From NCBI GenBank assembly GCA_000934665.2, contig KZ538692.1, forward strand, positions 1 through 53,406: 53,406 nt of DNA. The letters run 5' to 3'. A program made the position numbers and the translations under genes. Shown piece after piece: positions 12,139-24,660 of this stretch (positions are counted from its first letter, which is position 1; each line of letters begins with the position of its first letter). Below the pieces are notes generated by a model, which was not told where the DNA came from, did no database searches, and saw only the letters and a program-made list of their open reading frames with translations. The DNA is from Catajapyx aquilonaris. Lineage: Eukaryota.

Positions 12139-13036
12139 TTGCTATTCTAGATTTTAAAACTGCACTGTATAGTGCAAAGCACACTTCCTTGTGGGTGTAT
12201 AGGTACAGGCACTTAAAGAAAAGTCACACCCCATTCAACTAAAAAAAATATTTTTTTGGATGTCCATTTAATTGGGTATTTGGTCTCGGGAAGAAAAGAA
12301 AATTACCAGTTCTCTACAGCAACAAAGATTGTCACAGACACATCTTTTCGTATTTCCTAATACACATTCCTTGCGAATCCCAGGACATTCACTGCATTGC
12401 AAAAATCACACTCTAAATATGAGTTGAGTAATAAAACTTATCAGATCAGCGCCTAGCTTCAGTAAGGCAGCCGCCATTTTCATAAATGATTATTTAATTC
12501 CGCGGCCAAAGTCAGATATTCGACACTAGGTGGCTACACCTATTGCGGCCAGATTGTAATCATGGGATACCAACAGATTACAGTTCTGTTGGCATCACTA
12601 GTTGGCGCCAAATTTTTTTTTTGCTGATGTCGACACCAGGTCTCAGGACTGGAGCCTCATGTAAAAATCATATAACTCAAGATACTGGGTTTTTGCTTGT
12701 AGCCCACAATTAGACAGACCTTTTCAAGCTCTATCCACTGGCACAAACCACGTCTCTCTAACTTGTTTTCCTGCCAAGTTATTCAAGTTTTTCAAGTATG
12801 ATTTATGCAAGATCAAATGGCAGATCATGAACTTTGAGGTGCAATATTTCAAAATGGCCAAATCAGAGATACATGGTTTTTACATGAGGCTCCAGAGGAG
12901 GATATCATGGAAAATACAGCACATTTGAGATTCACCTTCGGGAACATCTTGCACATCCAGCAGGTGGACATACATAATATATCTATATTTATATATATTT
13001 AATTTACTATTGATTATAATTATATGTATTGGACTC

Positions 13037-13391
13037 GGGGGAGGTGTGGTGGCCGAGATGGTAACATCTCGGCTTGCTGATCGAAAGGTCCCGGGTTCGA
13101 TTCCTGCCTGGAATTTCCCTTTCAGCTGCGTCAGGAGGGTCTCTGACCCGCACCTTGGAGGATGGAGGTGTCTGGTAACCTGACCTCCTGGGAGACTACA
13201 CATGGCCCAGCACTTGACATTGCACTTGCACCCGTGTCCCCCTACCCCGAAAATCCCTTTCCTTACCCTACGTCCTTGATTCCATGCCATCGGAGAGCGA
13301 AGATAATCCATACTAGAAAACTGATGGTGGTCTGCCACCCTCCTATCATGACTTCCAGTTGTATCACGGGGTAATAAAAATAAAATAATAA
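13037..13391 (+). mobile_element. tRNA-derived SINE (family A), full length
   Basis: A-box TGGCCGAGATGG, B-box GGTTCGATTCC, A-rich tail, flanked by repeated ATATGTATTG (TSD core). Confidence 0.9.
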
Positions 13392-13779
13392 ATATGTATT
13401 GCACACCTGAGATGTGCAGCTTATCAGGGTTTTAGTGAAAAATCGAAATAAGAAGGTCTAACAATATATTTTTATTTCCTGCCCACTCAACAGGAAATGG
13501 TATGTGTCTACAAATAATGTACAATCTTCTGGATGCATAAACGTACAAAAAAATTCAAACAATCCTGAGCGACGGAGCTGTCCATAAATTACGTAATGCC
13601 GGTACAATCCAATGGACTTCAATTTCACGGCATTGGGCACTTGCACACTGGTGAACCTTCATTCAATGCAACATGAATGGCATCAAATTACATTATGGGT
13701 ATACAAAGAAATGAACAGTATTACAGGTGCACTCTAGTCCACTATAACATAATTTTATAGTAATCAGATGCATGTAAAG

Positions 13780-13945
13780 CAGAGGTTCTTAACCTTTACG
13801 GGTCTACACTCCTTTGAAAATAGTTAGTCCTTGTCGCACACCCTATACCAGGGGTGATTAATTAAGTTCATAGTTAGACTAAGTCCAGAGGTGCACCTTG
13901 CTCGCACCCCCTGGGGGTGACGGCACCCCAGGTTAAGAACCGCTG
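13780..13945. mobile_element. hAT-type MITE
   Basis: CAGAGGTTCTTAACCT...AGGTTAAGAACCGCTG termini; flanks share GTAAAG (degenerate TSD). Confidence 0.65.
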
Positions 13946-14081
13946 AGTCGTAAAGTAACTAGGCAAGAAATGGGGAGTGCTATGCTTATGTGATCCAATG
14001 TTACTTTTAAAAAGTCAATAAGCATCACTATGTTGGAGGTGTCTCCACCAGTTAGTTGTAAATCTATAATGTATTCAGCCT

Positions 14082-14208
14082 TATAGATGGGTCGGTGAAC
14101 GAACGCAAGCGGGTGGCCAATTTTATTACAGGAATTACATTACAAACTGTATTCCGACCTGTAATAAAATTGGCCATCTGCTTGCGTTCGTTCACCGACC
14201 CATCTATA
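14082..14208. mobile_element. Palindromic MITE
   Basis: TATAGATGGGTCGGTGAACGAACGCAAGC...GCTTGCGTTCGTTCACCGACCCATCTATA. Confidence 0.8.
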
Positions 14209-14284
14209 GAATACTAGTCCTCCTGATGTCACGAGCCTTTGATTGTTAGTTACAGCCCCGGGTCATTCCCCCCCCTTTTTGTGT

Positions 14285-14550
14285 GAGCTTAGCTGATCTC
14301 CCCCACCAGGGGGGGTTTGTCACGGGTGGCATTAGGATCACGAACCAAGATAGGTGGCCGCCAAATTCTGAACCATTTTGGTTGACTCCGGGAGTTGGAG
14401 TGGTTAAGGCCTCCTATACTAACCCCAGCCAATCGGAGTCGACCAAAAGGGTTCAGAATTTCCCGCTAGTGGCGGCACCACCTATCTTGGTGCGTGATCC
14501 TAGCGCCGCCCTTGGCAAACCCCCCCTGGTGGGGGAGATCAGCTAAGCTC
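14285..14550. mobile_element. Palindromic MITE
   Basis: GAGCTTAGCTGATCTCCCCCACCAGGGGGGGTTTG...CAAACCCCCCCTGGTGGGGGAGATCAGCTAAGCTC; arms of roughly 120 bp. Confidence 0.8.
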
Positions 14551-15245
14551 CCAGGGGGAGCAATGTATAAGGTATACGAGTGACTGGGGGCTGGTTAGTT
14601 ACATGGATGATATTGACAGTCATGGTTATCCATTGTGCTTTCAATACTCTTCAAAGGCTGAGGACATTGTGGATTGTCTACTGCCTCTGTCAAAACAAAT
14701 TCTTCTAAATTACCATGGTCACTCTCTGCTGCTACCAACTTATGCCTGGTATCCATGCATGAGTTTCTCTTGTCAGAGTCCTCATGCGCGAGAAAATAAT
14801 GCTGTATGTCAAGATGGACTCTATATCGCCTCTGACCCCCTCTGGTGTCCTCAGAAGAGGGCTCCAACAAAGTAGGTATAAAATTTTTTACTTTCCTCTG
14901 ATCCTCTGATCCAGGCATGCGCAGCTGGCTTCTCACACGAGAAACTCTTTTGTGGATACCAGCCTTTTAGGCTGGGGTGTCTAATCCAGAACAGGTGGTT
15001 GAGCCTTATTCGTTGTCGGTAACAATGTTCTGCCAATAACAAGGGCCAGCCACTTGTTCAGGATTTACTATCGATCACACAACCCAACCTTAGTTTCACA
15101 GTTTTGAGAAACATGATACCAGCAGTATGTTAGGAAGGTATCATGCAAAAGCTTCACATGGCGTTGGATGTAGGGGTACAAAATTGCCAAAAGAAGTATT
15201 ACGTAATTTATAGTCCATCCCTTTGCACAGAATGTAAACTACAAT

Positions 15246-15899
15246 TCAAACAGTGCGCAACATCTTGGCTTCTCGCTTCTCCTGCAGCAACCTCTGCTGC
15301 TCCTCTACAACCTTTGCCCTCTCTTGCAAGTATTCAGCATATTCTACTGGATCCAAATCCCGGACAACCTCCACACCGCATGATCGTGCCACACCAACAA
15401 CCATCTTACAAAGGATTGGCATCTCCCACCCCTCCAGTGGTGGGTCCTGCGACTTAATCTTGGCAATCTCATACACATGCTTAAGGGTGATCTTTCCTGC
15501 CACCTCCTTCCCAGGCTCCATGGCCGCCTTCTGGATCCCTGCCGCTTGTTTTATGAAATAGGTGCACGGCGGCTGATGTATCGTCAGCTGGTAACTACGA
15601 TCTGCGTTGACGGTTATGCGGCACGGAAGTGGGATACCCTCCTTCATGTCCTTCGTCCGCTCATTGAAGTCCTTACAAAATGCTGCTATGTTCAGCCCAT
15701 GCTACCGGAATAGACAAACCATTAAGTCCTGTAAATAATAACAAAACCTATCACCAACCTGTCCCAACATTGGTCCTAGAGGTGGGCCAGCCAACGCCAT
15801 TCCAGATGGAATATTGGTCTTAATCTTATTCCCATGCTTCACTTTCTCCGTAGCCAGCTTCTTCACAGCCATCTTCAGGCGTGTAGCCGCTTTAGACAT
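15246..15899 (-). CDS. mRpL11: Mitochondrial ribosomal protein L11 (uL11m); exons 15899-15759 and 15701-15246 (198 aa)
   Basis: 57-nt phase-0 GT-AG intron. [28 protein letters not shown]...GKITLKHVYEIAKIK...GVARSCGVEVV is the uL11 signature. Confidence 0.96.
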
Positions 15900-16370
15900 C
15901 CTGCAAACTGCAATTTACAACCTACACCGGGCAATGCAAACACACCATGCGGCCATGTGCAATTAATAAATCCGCAATCACATCGCTGCTAGTTTCAACT
16001 GCTATTAGCTAGTGAGATTGAAATAGTTCCGATTTTGACCGCTTGGTGCGTTGGATTAGCTCGCCATCTTTGGGCAAATAGATGAACTCGGTCCATTGAT
16101 GAACGGATGACCCCGAGAGTGTGGCGTGAGCACCGGGAGTGGTCCTGATTGGTCGCCCAGACTCCAGGAGACCCAACCCACTCAGACCACGATCTCTGCT
16201 GGCCCCGGGCTTTTGTGACGCCGCTGCTGCACCGGCTCTTACAACTGTACTGTCACGCACGACGGCACGGGTGGCAGGAGGAGGAGCAGGAGGAAGTAAT
16301 CTCAAGCGAAGAAACCTACTATCTGTGGTACCAGATAGTTTCCTGCACCTGTTTGAGTTATGGCTGGAAG
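15900..16370. promoter_or_regulatory. Putative bidirectional promoter and GNPAT 5' UTR exon
   Basis: CpG-rich interval between divergent ATGs (15899 and 16570); YY1-like CGCCATCTT at 16062-16070; donor AAG|GTACCT at 16370/16371 and acceptor CCTGCAG at 16556. Confidence 0.55.
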
Positions 16371-16569
16371 GTACCTGTTGTTTTATTAATTAATTAGTGT
16401 TTTAGGATGGTATATATGACCACAATATTATTAACTTCATGTTGTAGAGAGCATAATTGTTTTACTAAAATCTGCATATTAGCACTACAAATGTAGCAAA
16501 AATTGTGGATGGTTTTAGGCCAATTTTGGTAACATTTGCTTGCTCTTGACCTGCAGAGTATCATCGAAA

Positions 16570-19500
16570 ATGCATATGCTTTCACCATATGAAGACATAC
16601 TGGAAGGGCGTCACAATGTGGCATTCGGTGACTTTAATTGGTGCACTCGAGAGTGGGAACCCGACCCAAAAAATGACCACCTGAAAAGGCGTACCCCTCT
16701 ACAGATTAAGAAGGAAGTACTCAGCAGCCAGAGAGTCCGATCTGTCATTCAGGAGGTGGATTGCAACCAATTTTTTGTTTTTTTTTTGGCAGAAAAGGAA
16801 GCCAAGATAATTGATAATTTTGAAATTTTACAGCTGGCCCAAGAGCAAGAGACAACTGAAGATGTCCTCTACAAACAAGCAGAACTTATTGTGAATGAAA
16901 TGGGGCACAATTTTAATATGCACACTGTGAGATGGTTTGGATATGTGCTATCAAAATTAGGAAAGCGTTTTTATCGAGGAATATATGTCAACAGAGATGG
17001 CGTTGAGAAGGTAGAGTTCCCTTTTACGCAATTGATTTTAAGTGTTTTATAACAAGGGAAATCCACAGAAATAGGATTTCATTAAATCACATAATTGGTT
17101 GCATATATGTGATATAAGTTAACATTTGCCTACTTCCTTTATAGTGTTATCTGGGCATGTTTTAAACCTGTTATTTAGGAGCACTTGCGTGGTTTTATTA
17201 CTGACTACTGCTGCAGGGAAATGGAAATTTTATGTATACTGTATTGTGCACAAGGTCTAACAAAGCTTTTTCTTCCATTGAACATCCTTTTTCTCCGTCC
17301 CAATATAACCTTGCAACCATAATTTGCTTGGAAGGTTACGAGATAAAACTGATATTCCTAGGAAATGGTTGTTCTTGATTGCAAAAGAGCAGAAAATGTA
17401 TAACTGCTTGATGGCACACTTTAATTACTTGCTAAAGTCAGTACAACACTGATCTCTCTTTGTGCAGTTGAGGACAGCAATGCAAGACCATCCTGTAATC
17501 CTCCTCCCAAGTCACCGAAGCTATGTTGACTTCTTGCTCATATCATATGTTTTTTTCAACTACAACCTACCCATGCCCATCATTGCTGCAGGAATGGGTA
17601 TGTGGAAGGTTCTGCTAGGTACATATGAAATTTTTATCTGCATTTTTATTTTCAGATTTTATGGCCATGAAGTTTGTGGCAGAGCGTCTGAGAGATGCAG
17701 GAGCCTTTTACATGCGGAGATCATTTGGTGGTGACAAGCTCTACAGAGCCATCTTTGCAGAATATGTTCAGACGCATGTTCTGAAGTCAGAGGCACCTAT
17801 TGAGTTTTTTGTAGAGGGCACCCGCAGCAGAACAGCCAAGTCCCTCAATCCAAAGATAGGTAGGCTTCCATTCTGCATACATTATTTCTCTTGTACTATC
17901 AGTCCACCAAGAATTGTCGTAGCGGCAGCGCACGAACTACAGTCTACGAGCACTTCTCCATTGACTTCTCCCCCCTGGAAGTGCTCGTAACTAGTTCGTG
18001 CGCTGCTGCTACGACAATTCTTGGTAGACTGATAGTACCTTGTGTGTATTCAATTTATCAGATGTTATTGTGTTTGTGTCTGCTTTGTTATCTGTACTGT
18101 TTGTTTTTAATACGTGGATAACCCTGGTTTTTCTTTGACTTATGTCTTCCTAGCAGATTTAGATGATTTCAAATGTATTGGAGGCTCCTTCATGTACAGT
18201 AGAACCCCAATTATCTTGGGTTTGTAATATGTGTACCTTTTTTAGAGGTACGATTGTTATGAAATTAATATGTATTTTTGGCGTCAATTAACAAGAACCT
18301 TAAAAATTAAAGGACATGGCACAAAATGTATGGGCCAGTGGCCTTCCGTTCGATTTGCCTGAAAATTGGATATGTTGTAGCCCAGACCGTCCTGATCAAT
18401 TTTAGATAGGGACATTTCGAAGGTAGGACCTACAGGGAGCATGCTAATATAATATGGCGAATAGTTACTACTCCCCATATTACCTTCTGAGGTCATTAGC
18501 ATGCTCCCTGTAGGTCCTACCATTTATATTCCATTGTAGTTTATGGTTACTTAAAGGGAACACATAATTGTGAATTTAAAATACGCACTGAAATCTCGTT
18601 CCCTTTTACTACCAACCCTTGAGTCCTTTGTGTTTTTTGACCTCACCTTGGTTATCATCCTCCAAAGTAAATTTGTGAAAGGGTTCATGACAGTTATCTG
18701 TAGGGAAAAACCATTCTTATATTTGAAATATGAGCCAATGGTGACAATTTCAAATACACAGGAAATCCTCAGTTTGCTCTCCCAACCTGCATATTTGTTG
18801 GGTGGGGTGCATGAAAAGATATGATGCAAGCTTAGGTCACATTGCTGGAAAGGTGTAATTTTAAAAGGAGTAGGACAAGATATGCAATACAAGCATTTGA
18901 GGAGCTACCTGATGAGTTGGGACACCTTTAAAATGCAGACCGATGTTCAACAGATGACATGTTAATTCATTCTTGCCATCCAACATAATCAGTGAAATGC
19001 ATTATAATGCATTTTAATGCATTTCCCTGATGATGAGTGTTTGCTTTGCAAGCTATGCCATCTGTGAATTTTCAATAATAAACTGAACAACATTGTTTCT
19101 TACTAGTCACTAGAGGAAGCAATGCAAAGGAATTACTGATGGGAACTGCAGCCATATGTGGCATTTACCTTGTGATATAGGGAGACTTCGTAGTAACTGC
19201 TTTTTGTGCTTAGGTATAATTCAGATTTTTTACATTCTATACATTGATATTTTATTATTCTTTATCCCCAACAGGCTTATTGTCAATGGCAATAGAACCT
19301 TACTTTCGGGGCCTGGTCTCAGATGTATTGGTGATCCCAATAACTCTGAGCTATGATCGCACCTTGGAGGAAACCTTGTATGCCTATGAGCTTCTAGGAT
19401 CCAGCAAGCCCCCTGAGTCCACCTCAGGTTTGGTGAAAGCTCTTCATGCCATGGACCAGGACTATGGCACACTCCACATGCATCTTTGCGATCCCATTCC

Positions 19501-22500
19501 CCTGCGCCAATTTGCCAATGGGCACGTTGATCGAAGCCAATCAGCCCGAGGGCTGCCCCACCTTTCACGACCCACTCTAGCTGAAGCTACAGTGGCTCGT
19601 GAACTGGCCTATCGTGTCCTAAAAGAACACCAAAGGCATGAGGCTATCTCAGTCTTCACACTTCTGGCAGTGGTGCTTACCCGCCTACTTGCGAAATCCA
19701 ATCGAGGGCGCCCTGGGGGCGGGGCAGTGACCACAGTAAGACAACTTGCTTCAGAGGTGGCAACACTGAAAGAAAAGGTGGAAAGCCTGGGGTCATATGT
19801 TGTTACTCGTGGTGGATCTCTTGAAGAGGAAGTGCTGAAGAGCATAAGGACCCACAAAGGGGTTGTGGGCTATAATGAGAGGACTGGGGAAGTAGAAGTG
19901 TTGCAGGTGTATAGGCATGACCTGGGTCAGGTCAAGAATAGGGGCCACTGCTTTGGGGCCATGACATTGGAAGCAGCTGTGACAGCCATTACCATGCAAC
20001 ATTATGTCAACAAATGCATGCATGTATTTGTTGGTCCAGCCTCCATCATTCTTGGCCTGGGCAAGGACATCGTGGACAAAGGTGTGGATCAGTGCATGTA
20101 AACGCCAGTTGCACCACTCAGAATTTTTTTTAGCTGAAAAGGGAACTGATAAGAGGGGACATTCTTGTTTATTGTTGGAAACAACAGCATTTTTGTGTCC
20201 CTTTCTGATAAGAAATGTTTCCAGGCAGTGTCAGTGATGCAACTGGACCAAAGTCATAATTTTTTGAGGGATGGCCAAAGGGGATGAAAGATATTTTTAT
20301 GGCCACAATAAAGAATTCACTCCTGTTAATGTGGCATTGCAATTGCCTACCATTAGTACAGATTTTGCATTCCTTCGTATTGATTCATGGGTGGGCAGGG
20401 GGTGTGGCCTTGCATTTTTATTCTGGTGGTACATTAGGACTGCAATTTGAGTATGCAGGACCAGTACAGAGAAATGGGGGGTATGGTGGGTGCAGGCAAG
20501 GGAAGTCATACTTGGAATGCAGTCAACCTCGCATTTGTAATGCTGCGTCTTCGGAATGTGTTGAAACTTTCGACTGACCCAACATGTCAAGTTTTGCTAA
20601 AGACTTTAGTGTGATTACTGACTGCGTGCAGATAATTCGAAAGAACTGCAATAGTATCCTCGTTTTAACTCAAATGGAAGCAGAAAATATTCTACCCTAG
20701 AAGTCAAATTATCGTGGAATATGTGATAAACATAATTCATCATTTTGGGCTGCTTGTGTGAATGCTAGTATATCCAGAGCAAGTGGTTAATCCTATGTTA
20801 ATAATATGGATCAATCACTTGTTTTGGATTTACTATCAATTATGCAACTGTACCTTATTGGATGGATGAATGCAGTCAGAAGGTCTATTCTGAGTGATTG
20901 TGACAAGCTCTGTGTGAGTATTTATAACTGCCACGTAAATTGACCATGCATCTGGGAGATATTTGATGTCGTACATTGTGTAACATGTTACTGCGGAGAT
21001 AAATGGGAGTTAAGAACTAGACATGGAAAAATTACATTGCATAGTAATTTATGTAAGTCCCCTTATCGAAACCTTAACTAGAGCATTTCTAATTTAAATT
21101 GGCATTGGAATGTAATTAATTAATGATTTGTCTTATTCCAATGCAGAGGAGCTGTTTGGGACTTTCCGCTTCCTTCGTACTCTCCTTTCTGGGGATTTTA
21201 CCTTTGTCCCTGGCCATGAGAGAGAAGAATTTGAAGAGGCGGTGCATGCAGCCGTAGTCCTTGGAGTGGCCAGTTGCAGCCCCGTTCCATGCATGGTGGA
21301 ACCTGGTCCAAATGTGGATATGACCATCCTGCTGGTAGACCTTATGCAGCCTTTTCTTGTTGGTTATGCTGGTCTTGTGCAAGTGTGCAAAAACACCCAC
21401 CAAGAGGTAGCAGAGAAGGAGCTACTGCAGAATGTGCAAGGACATCTTGAGCACCAGCTTGCAGGTAATGATTGAGATCCAGTGACTGGGCAGCAGTTCA
21501 GTCTGGTCCTGCATGCCCCCTCCCCCTTACAGTTGTGTTGAGATGTACATAAACCTACAAGTTCAAGGTTTATATGGGCATAATGCAGGGAGGTGTGGTG
21601 GCCGAGATGGTAACGTCTCGGCTTGCTGAGTGAAAGGCCCCAGGTTTGATCCCTGCCTGGGGAACTTTCCTTTCACCTGCGTCAGGAGGGTCTCTGACCT
21701 GCACCTTCGAGGTGTCTGACAACCTGACCTCCTGGGGAACAGCACATGACCCATAGCTACGACATTGCACCTTGCACCCATGTTCCCTCCCCAAAAATCC
21801 CTATCCTTTCCCATTGTCTCTGTTTCCTTGCACCTGAGAATGAAGTGAAAATAAATACAGAAAACTGATGATGGTATGCCACCCCCCTATAGCTCCCGTT
21901 AGGGACATCACGGGGTAAAATAAAAAAATAAAAAAATAAAAAATAAATATGGGCATAGAGCCCAGGTCTTTCCATGTGCCTTTGATAAGGCTGATTTAAC
22001 CTTCCAATAGGAGATAATAATATATTTCAGATGTGTATTATAATAACATGTAGTATCAGGAATGTTAACCCTTTGTCTCCAGCGCCCATTTTGGTTGGAT
22101 TATAATGTAACCAAACAAAGTATTTTTTAAAAAATTCAATGGTATAATCCAGACAGATATTTCTTTCGCCATAGCCTTAGGAAATGTTCATAGTTTCTAT
22201 GTTAATGAATATTTACGCCACTCACGTGATATTTTGAATGGCACGACGTCATAGGCCAAACGTCTCATTCATTGTAAACAAACTGAAACAAATACTTACT
22301 GCCCGAATTTCAATACACACAGCTTCCTGCCGCACATGTCCCAGCAAGTGGACGTGCAGCTGAAAGCCATTTAAAAATTCCTGAAATTCTGCGACTTACC
22401 ATTCGCTGGGGGGAAAATCAGAACAATCTGTGAAGGGTAGGCAAACTCCCCCGGCACCATTTCAGGCATAAAGAGTGTCCTTGCTCCTAATTGGCCGGGC

Positions 22501-23819
22501 AGACTGCTCCGAGCTCTGGGCATTGCCAGCTTGACACCTGAGCCACCTTATCTGGCACTTGGTGACTCACATTACCTCCGTTTAAACTGGACCTTTAAAA
22601 TTATTTAAATGGACACTAAATGTTTTCATAATTTAATAGAGAGAGTGGGCAATCATATAGATTTATCTTGGATTTTTTCGATGGGTGGAAGCTGCCTTTA
22701 AAAAACCACGTAGATGTCTCAATAGGATGACGTCACCTTCTCATGCATAGCATATGAGGCAGTACATGGCTCTCTCAAGATGCAACTCGGGTTTGTAGGT
22801 CTTGGACGCTTCATCCCCATCTTGTGCATGAATCAAGAGCGAAACCAATGGTGCCAGATCCAGTGATTTTCACCTATAGGGTGCTATTTTTAAACCCCCA
22901 CCCACGGTCGTATAAGGAGAGGTCGGGAAACTCCCCGCCATCTTGCGTTCCGTTACTCATTCCCGCCGTGGCGCTGACTGGAGGTGGCCATGATGTGACC
23001 TGGATCGTGAACACATCCATATTGCGGCCATCTTGGTATACGCTATCGGTAGTAATCGGGAGGGGGGTCGCTGATAAACCTAGTAATCGGGAGGAGGGTT
23101 ATGGCGAATGGAGTTGTTATGGCGAATGAACGACACGCACAGCGAGATTCCATTGTTTTTACTAGCGCCGCTGCGGGAAGGAATAACGGATCGGCCTTTT
23201 CTATTGCGCTGGGATAGAAGTTTCCAGGGGCTGCCCCCACCTAAAGAGTGCATTGTCAAGCGGGAGACAGAGGGTTAAAGGGAAACAGCCCACTGGAAGG
23301 AAGAATAAGAGCCAGATTGACAGATCTTGTTTGTTGCATATTTTTGAACTGGTTGCTGGAATTTAATAATTCATGACATTTCCCCCTTCCTGTCTCTTGG
23401 CATACTTGAGCAATACACCCTGTATGTCAGTACAGCTAACTCGGCATGAGGCAACTGGAGGATGAATAGATTGTAGTAGTAGGAATAGCAGTAGCAAACC
23501 AGTGGAGTAGTGGAAGCATGAACTGGGGCCCACATCTTCACCCAACAACAATTTTTATTGATTCTCAGAGGGAAACATCTGTCACTACAGTAGCCTATCC
23601 CTGGACATCCTGAGGAATGGGGTGTATGGCTTGTCACAGCTGGGAGCAGTTCGCCGCTCAGTCACAGGCGGTGTGACATGGGTTCTCCCCTCTGAAAGAG
23701 AGTGCTGTGATCTTGAAGCCAAGATCTCAGCCTTTCTTATGCATCCAGATACCACAAAAAGAGTCAAAATGGATGCAGCTCTTACCTTAGGGTTGCATCG
23801 CAGCCGGGCCAAGTTGTAG
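16570..23819 (+). CDS. GNPAT: Dihydroxyacetone phosphate acyltransferase (peroxisomal); coding exons 16570-16755, 16834-17010, 17468-17597, 17656-17859, 19275-20081, 21147-21464, 23569-23819 (690 aa)
   Basis: All introns GT-AG and phase-consistent. PlsB-type motifs PSHRSYVDF (HxxxxD), [21 protein letters not shown] and YDRTLEE. The C-terminal AKL PTS1 favours GNPAT over mitochondrial GPAT. Confidence 0.93.
17893..18039. mobile_element. Palindromic MITE, copy 2 (GNPAT intron)
   Basis: Highly similar to 11990-12138, with the central part in the opposite orientation. Confidence 0.85.
18422..18521. repeat. Inverted repeat, probably the core of a larger DNA element
   Basis: GGTAGGACCTACAGGGAGCATGCTAAT...ATTAGCATGCTCCCTGTAGGTCCTACC. 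Confidence 0.7.
21587..21946 (+). mobile_element. tRNA-derived SINE (family A), copy 2 (GNPAT last intron)
   Basis: Same head and body as 13037, A-rich tail, ATATGGGCATA repeated on both flanks. Confidence 0.9.
22069..23274. mobile_element. piggyBac-like non-autonomous element (about 1.2 kb)
   Basis: TTAA|CCCTTTGTCTCC.GC...GCGGGAGACAGAGGG|TTAA: TTAA TSD with CCC/GGG termini; no transposase ORF. Confidence 0.75.
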
Positions 23820-23866
23820 GTCATTTTTGTTTAGTGTGTGACCAAATCTGCAGTATTTATTTATAC

Positions 23867-24052
23867 ACATTGCTTGTTGATTAGTTTTTATTTTTCTTGT
23901 TGTCTTGTAATGTAAGAGTAAAATCGTGAAATCACATATACCAGTTGTAAATGAATGAATGATGAAAAACATTGCTTGTTGATTAGTTTTTATTTTTCTT
24001 GTTGTGTTGTAATGTAAGAGTAAAATCGTGAAATCACATATACCAGTTGTAA
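23867..24052 (+). repeat. 84-bp direct duplication (period 102) just after the GNPAT stop
   Basis: 23867-23950 and 23969-24052 differ at one position that I can see. Confidence 0.9.
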
Positions 24053-24531
24053 CAGCTTTGCTTTTTGTACCGGTGAATTGCCAAAGAAATGAGCTCGATG
24101 TAACAAAAGCAACATGTGTGTGTTATTATAGATTCATTGGTGTATCTTTACTTTTATCACCATTGATAAGCACAGAGGATGAAGATTGTGTTGCAGGTGT
24201 TTTGCAGCAATTAATGGTGTGTTAGCAATGGTGGAGACAAGCAGAAATATATCTGCGAGGTGAGTAACTTCTCATTTGGTGACTTGGGATTACTCCTGTC
24301 TGTAAGGGTCACTTGGCCTAGTAAAGTGGTATGCTTGAAGGCCAAACTGGTTTGTTAACCTTATTTCTCTGATAGAAATGGCTTATTAGCGTTACTAAGA
24401 GTATATGAATTTGTAAGCCACTCATGGCAATACTGAAGGTTTAGGCCCTCGTTCCTCAATCTGTGTTCTATGGAACACCAGGTTTCAGCTGGTAAGGTTC
24501 TGCAAAGAGATTTTCAATAATGTCAGATTTA

Positions 24532-24660
24532 CGGCCGGTTTCACCAAGCCCGGTTTTCATTTTTTTAAACCGGTTCTTTCGGAGAATCCCTATTCTATTT
24601 GCAGGGATTTTCTGAAAGAACCAGGGTTTTTATGAAAACCGGGCTTGGTGAAACCGGCCA
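24532..24660. mobile_element. PIF/Harbinger (Tourist-like) palindromic MITE
   Basis: GGCCGGTTTCACCAAGCCCGGTTTTC / GAAAACCGGGCTTGGTGAAACCGGCC, with TTA on both flanks. Confidence 0.8.

Noticed and set aside
12212..12885. Kolobok-like TTAA-AG-start elements (also near 18308 and 18551)
   Set aside because: Matching right termini could not be defined confidently.
13043..13110. tRNA-like sequences here and near 21590, 1745-1815, 44240 and 49200
   Set aside because: They continue into SINE bodies with tails and TSDs, so they are SINE heads rather than tRNA genes.
16139..16393. Coding first exon of GNPAT
   Set aside because: No ATG start in this frame and its phase does not match the CAG acceptor at 16556; treated as 5' UTR.
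22915..23116. HDV-like ribozyme suggested by GGCGAATGG
   Set aside because: Partial P2/P3 pairing can be drawn, but the L3 consensus and P1.1 GG are missing and P4 would be implausibly long.
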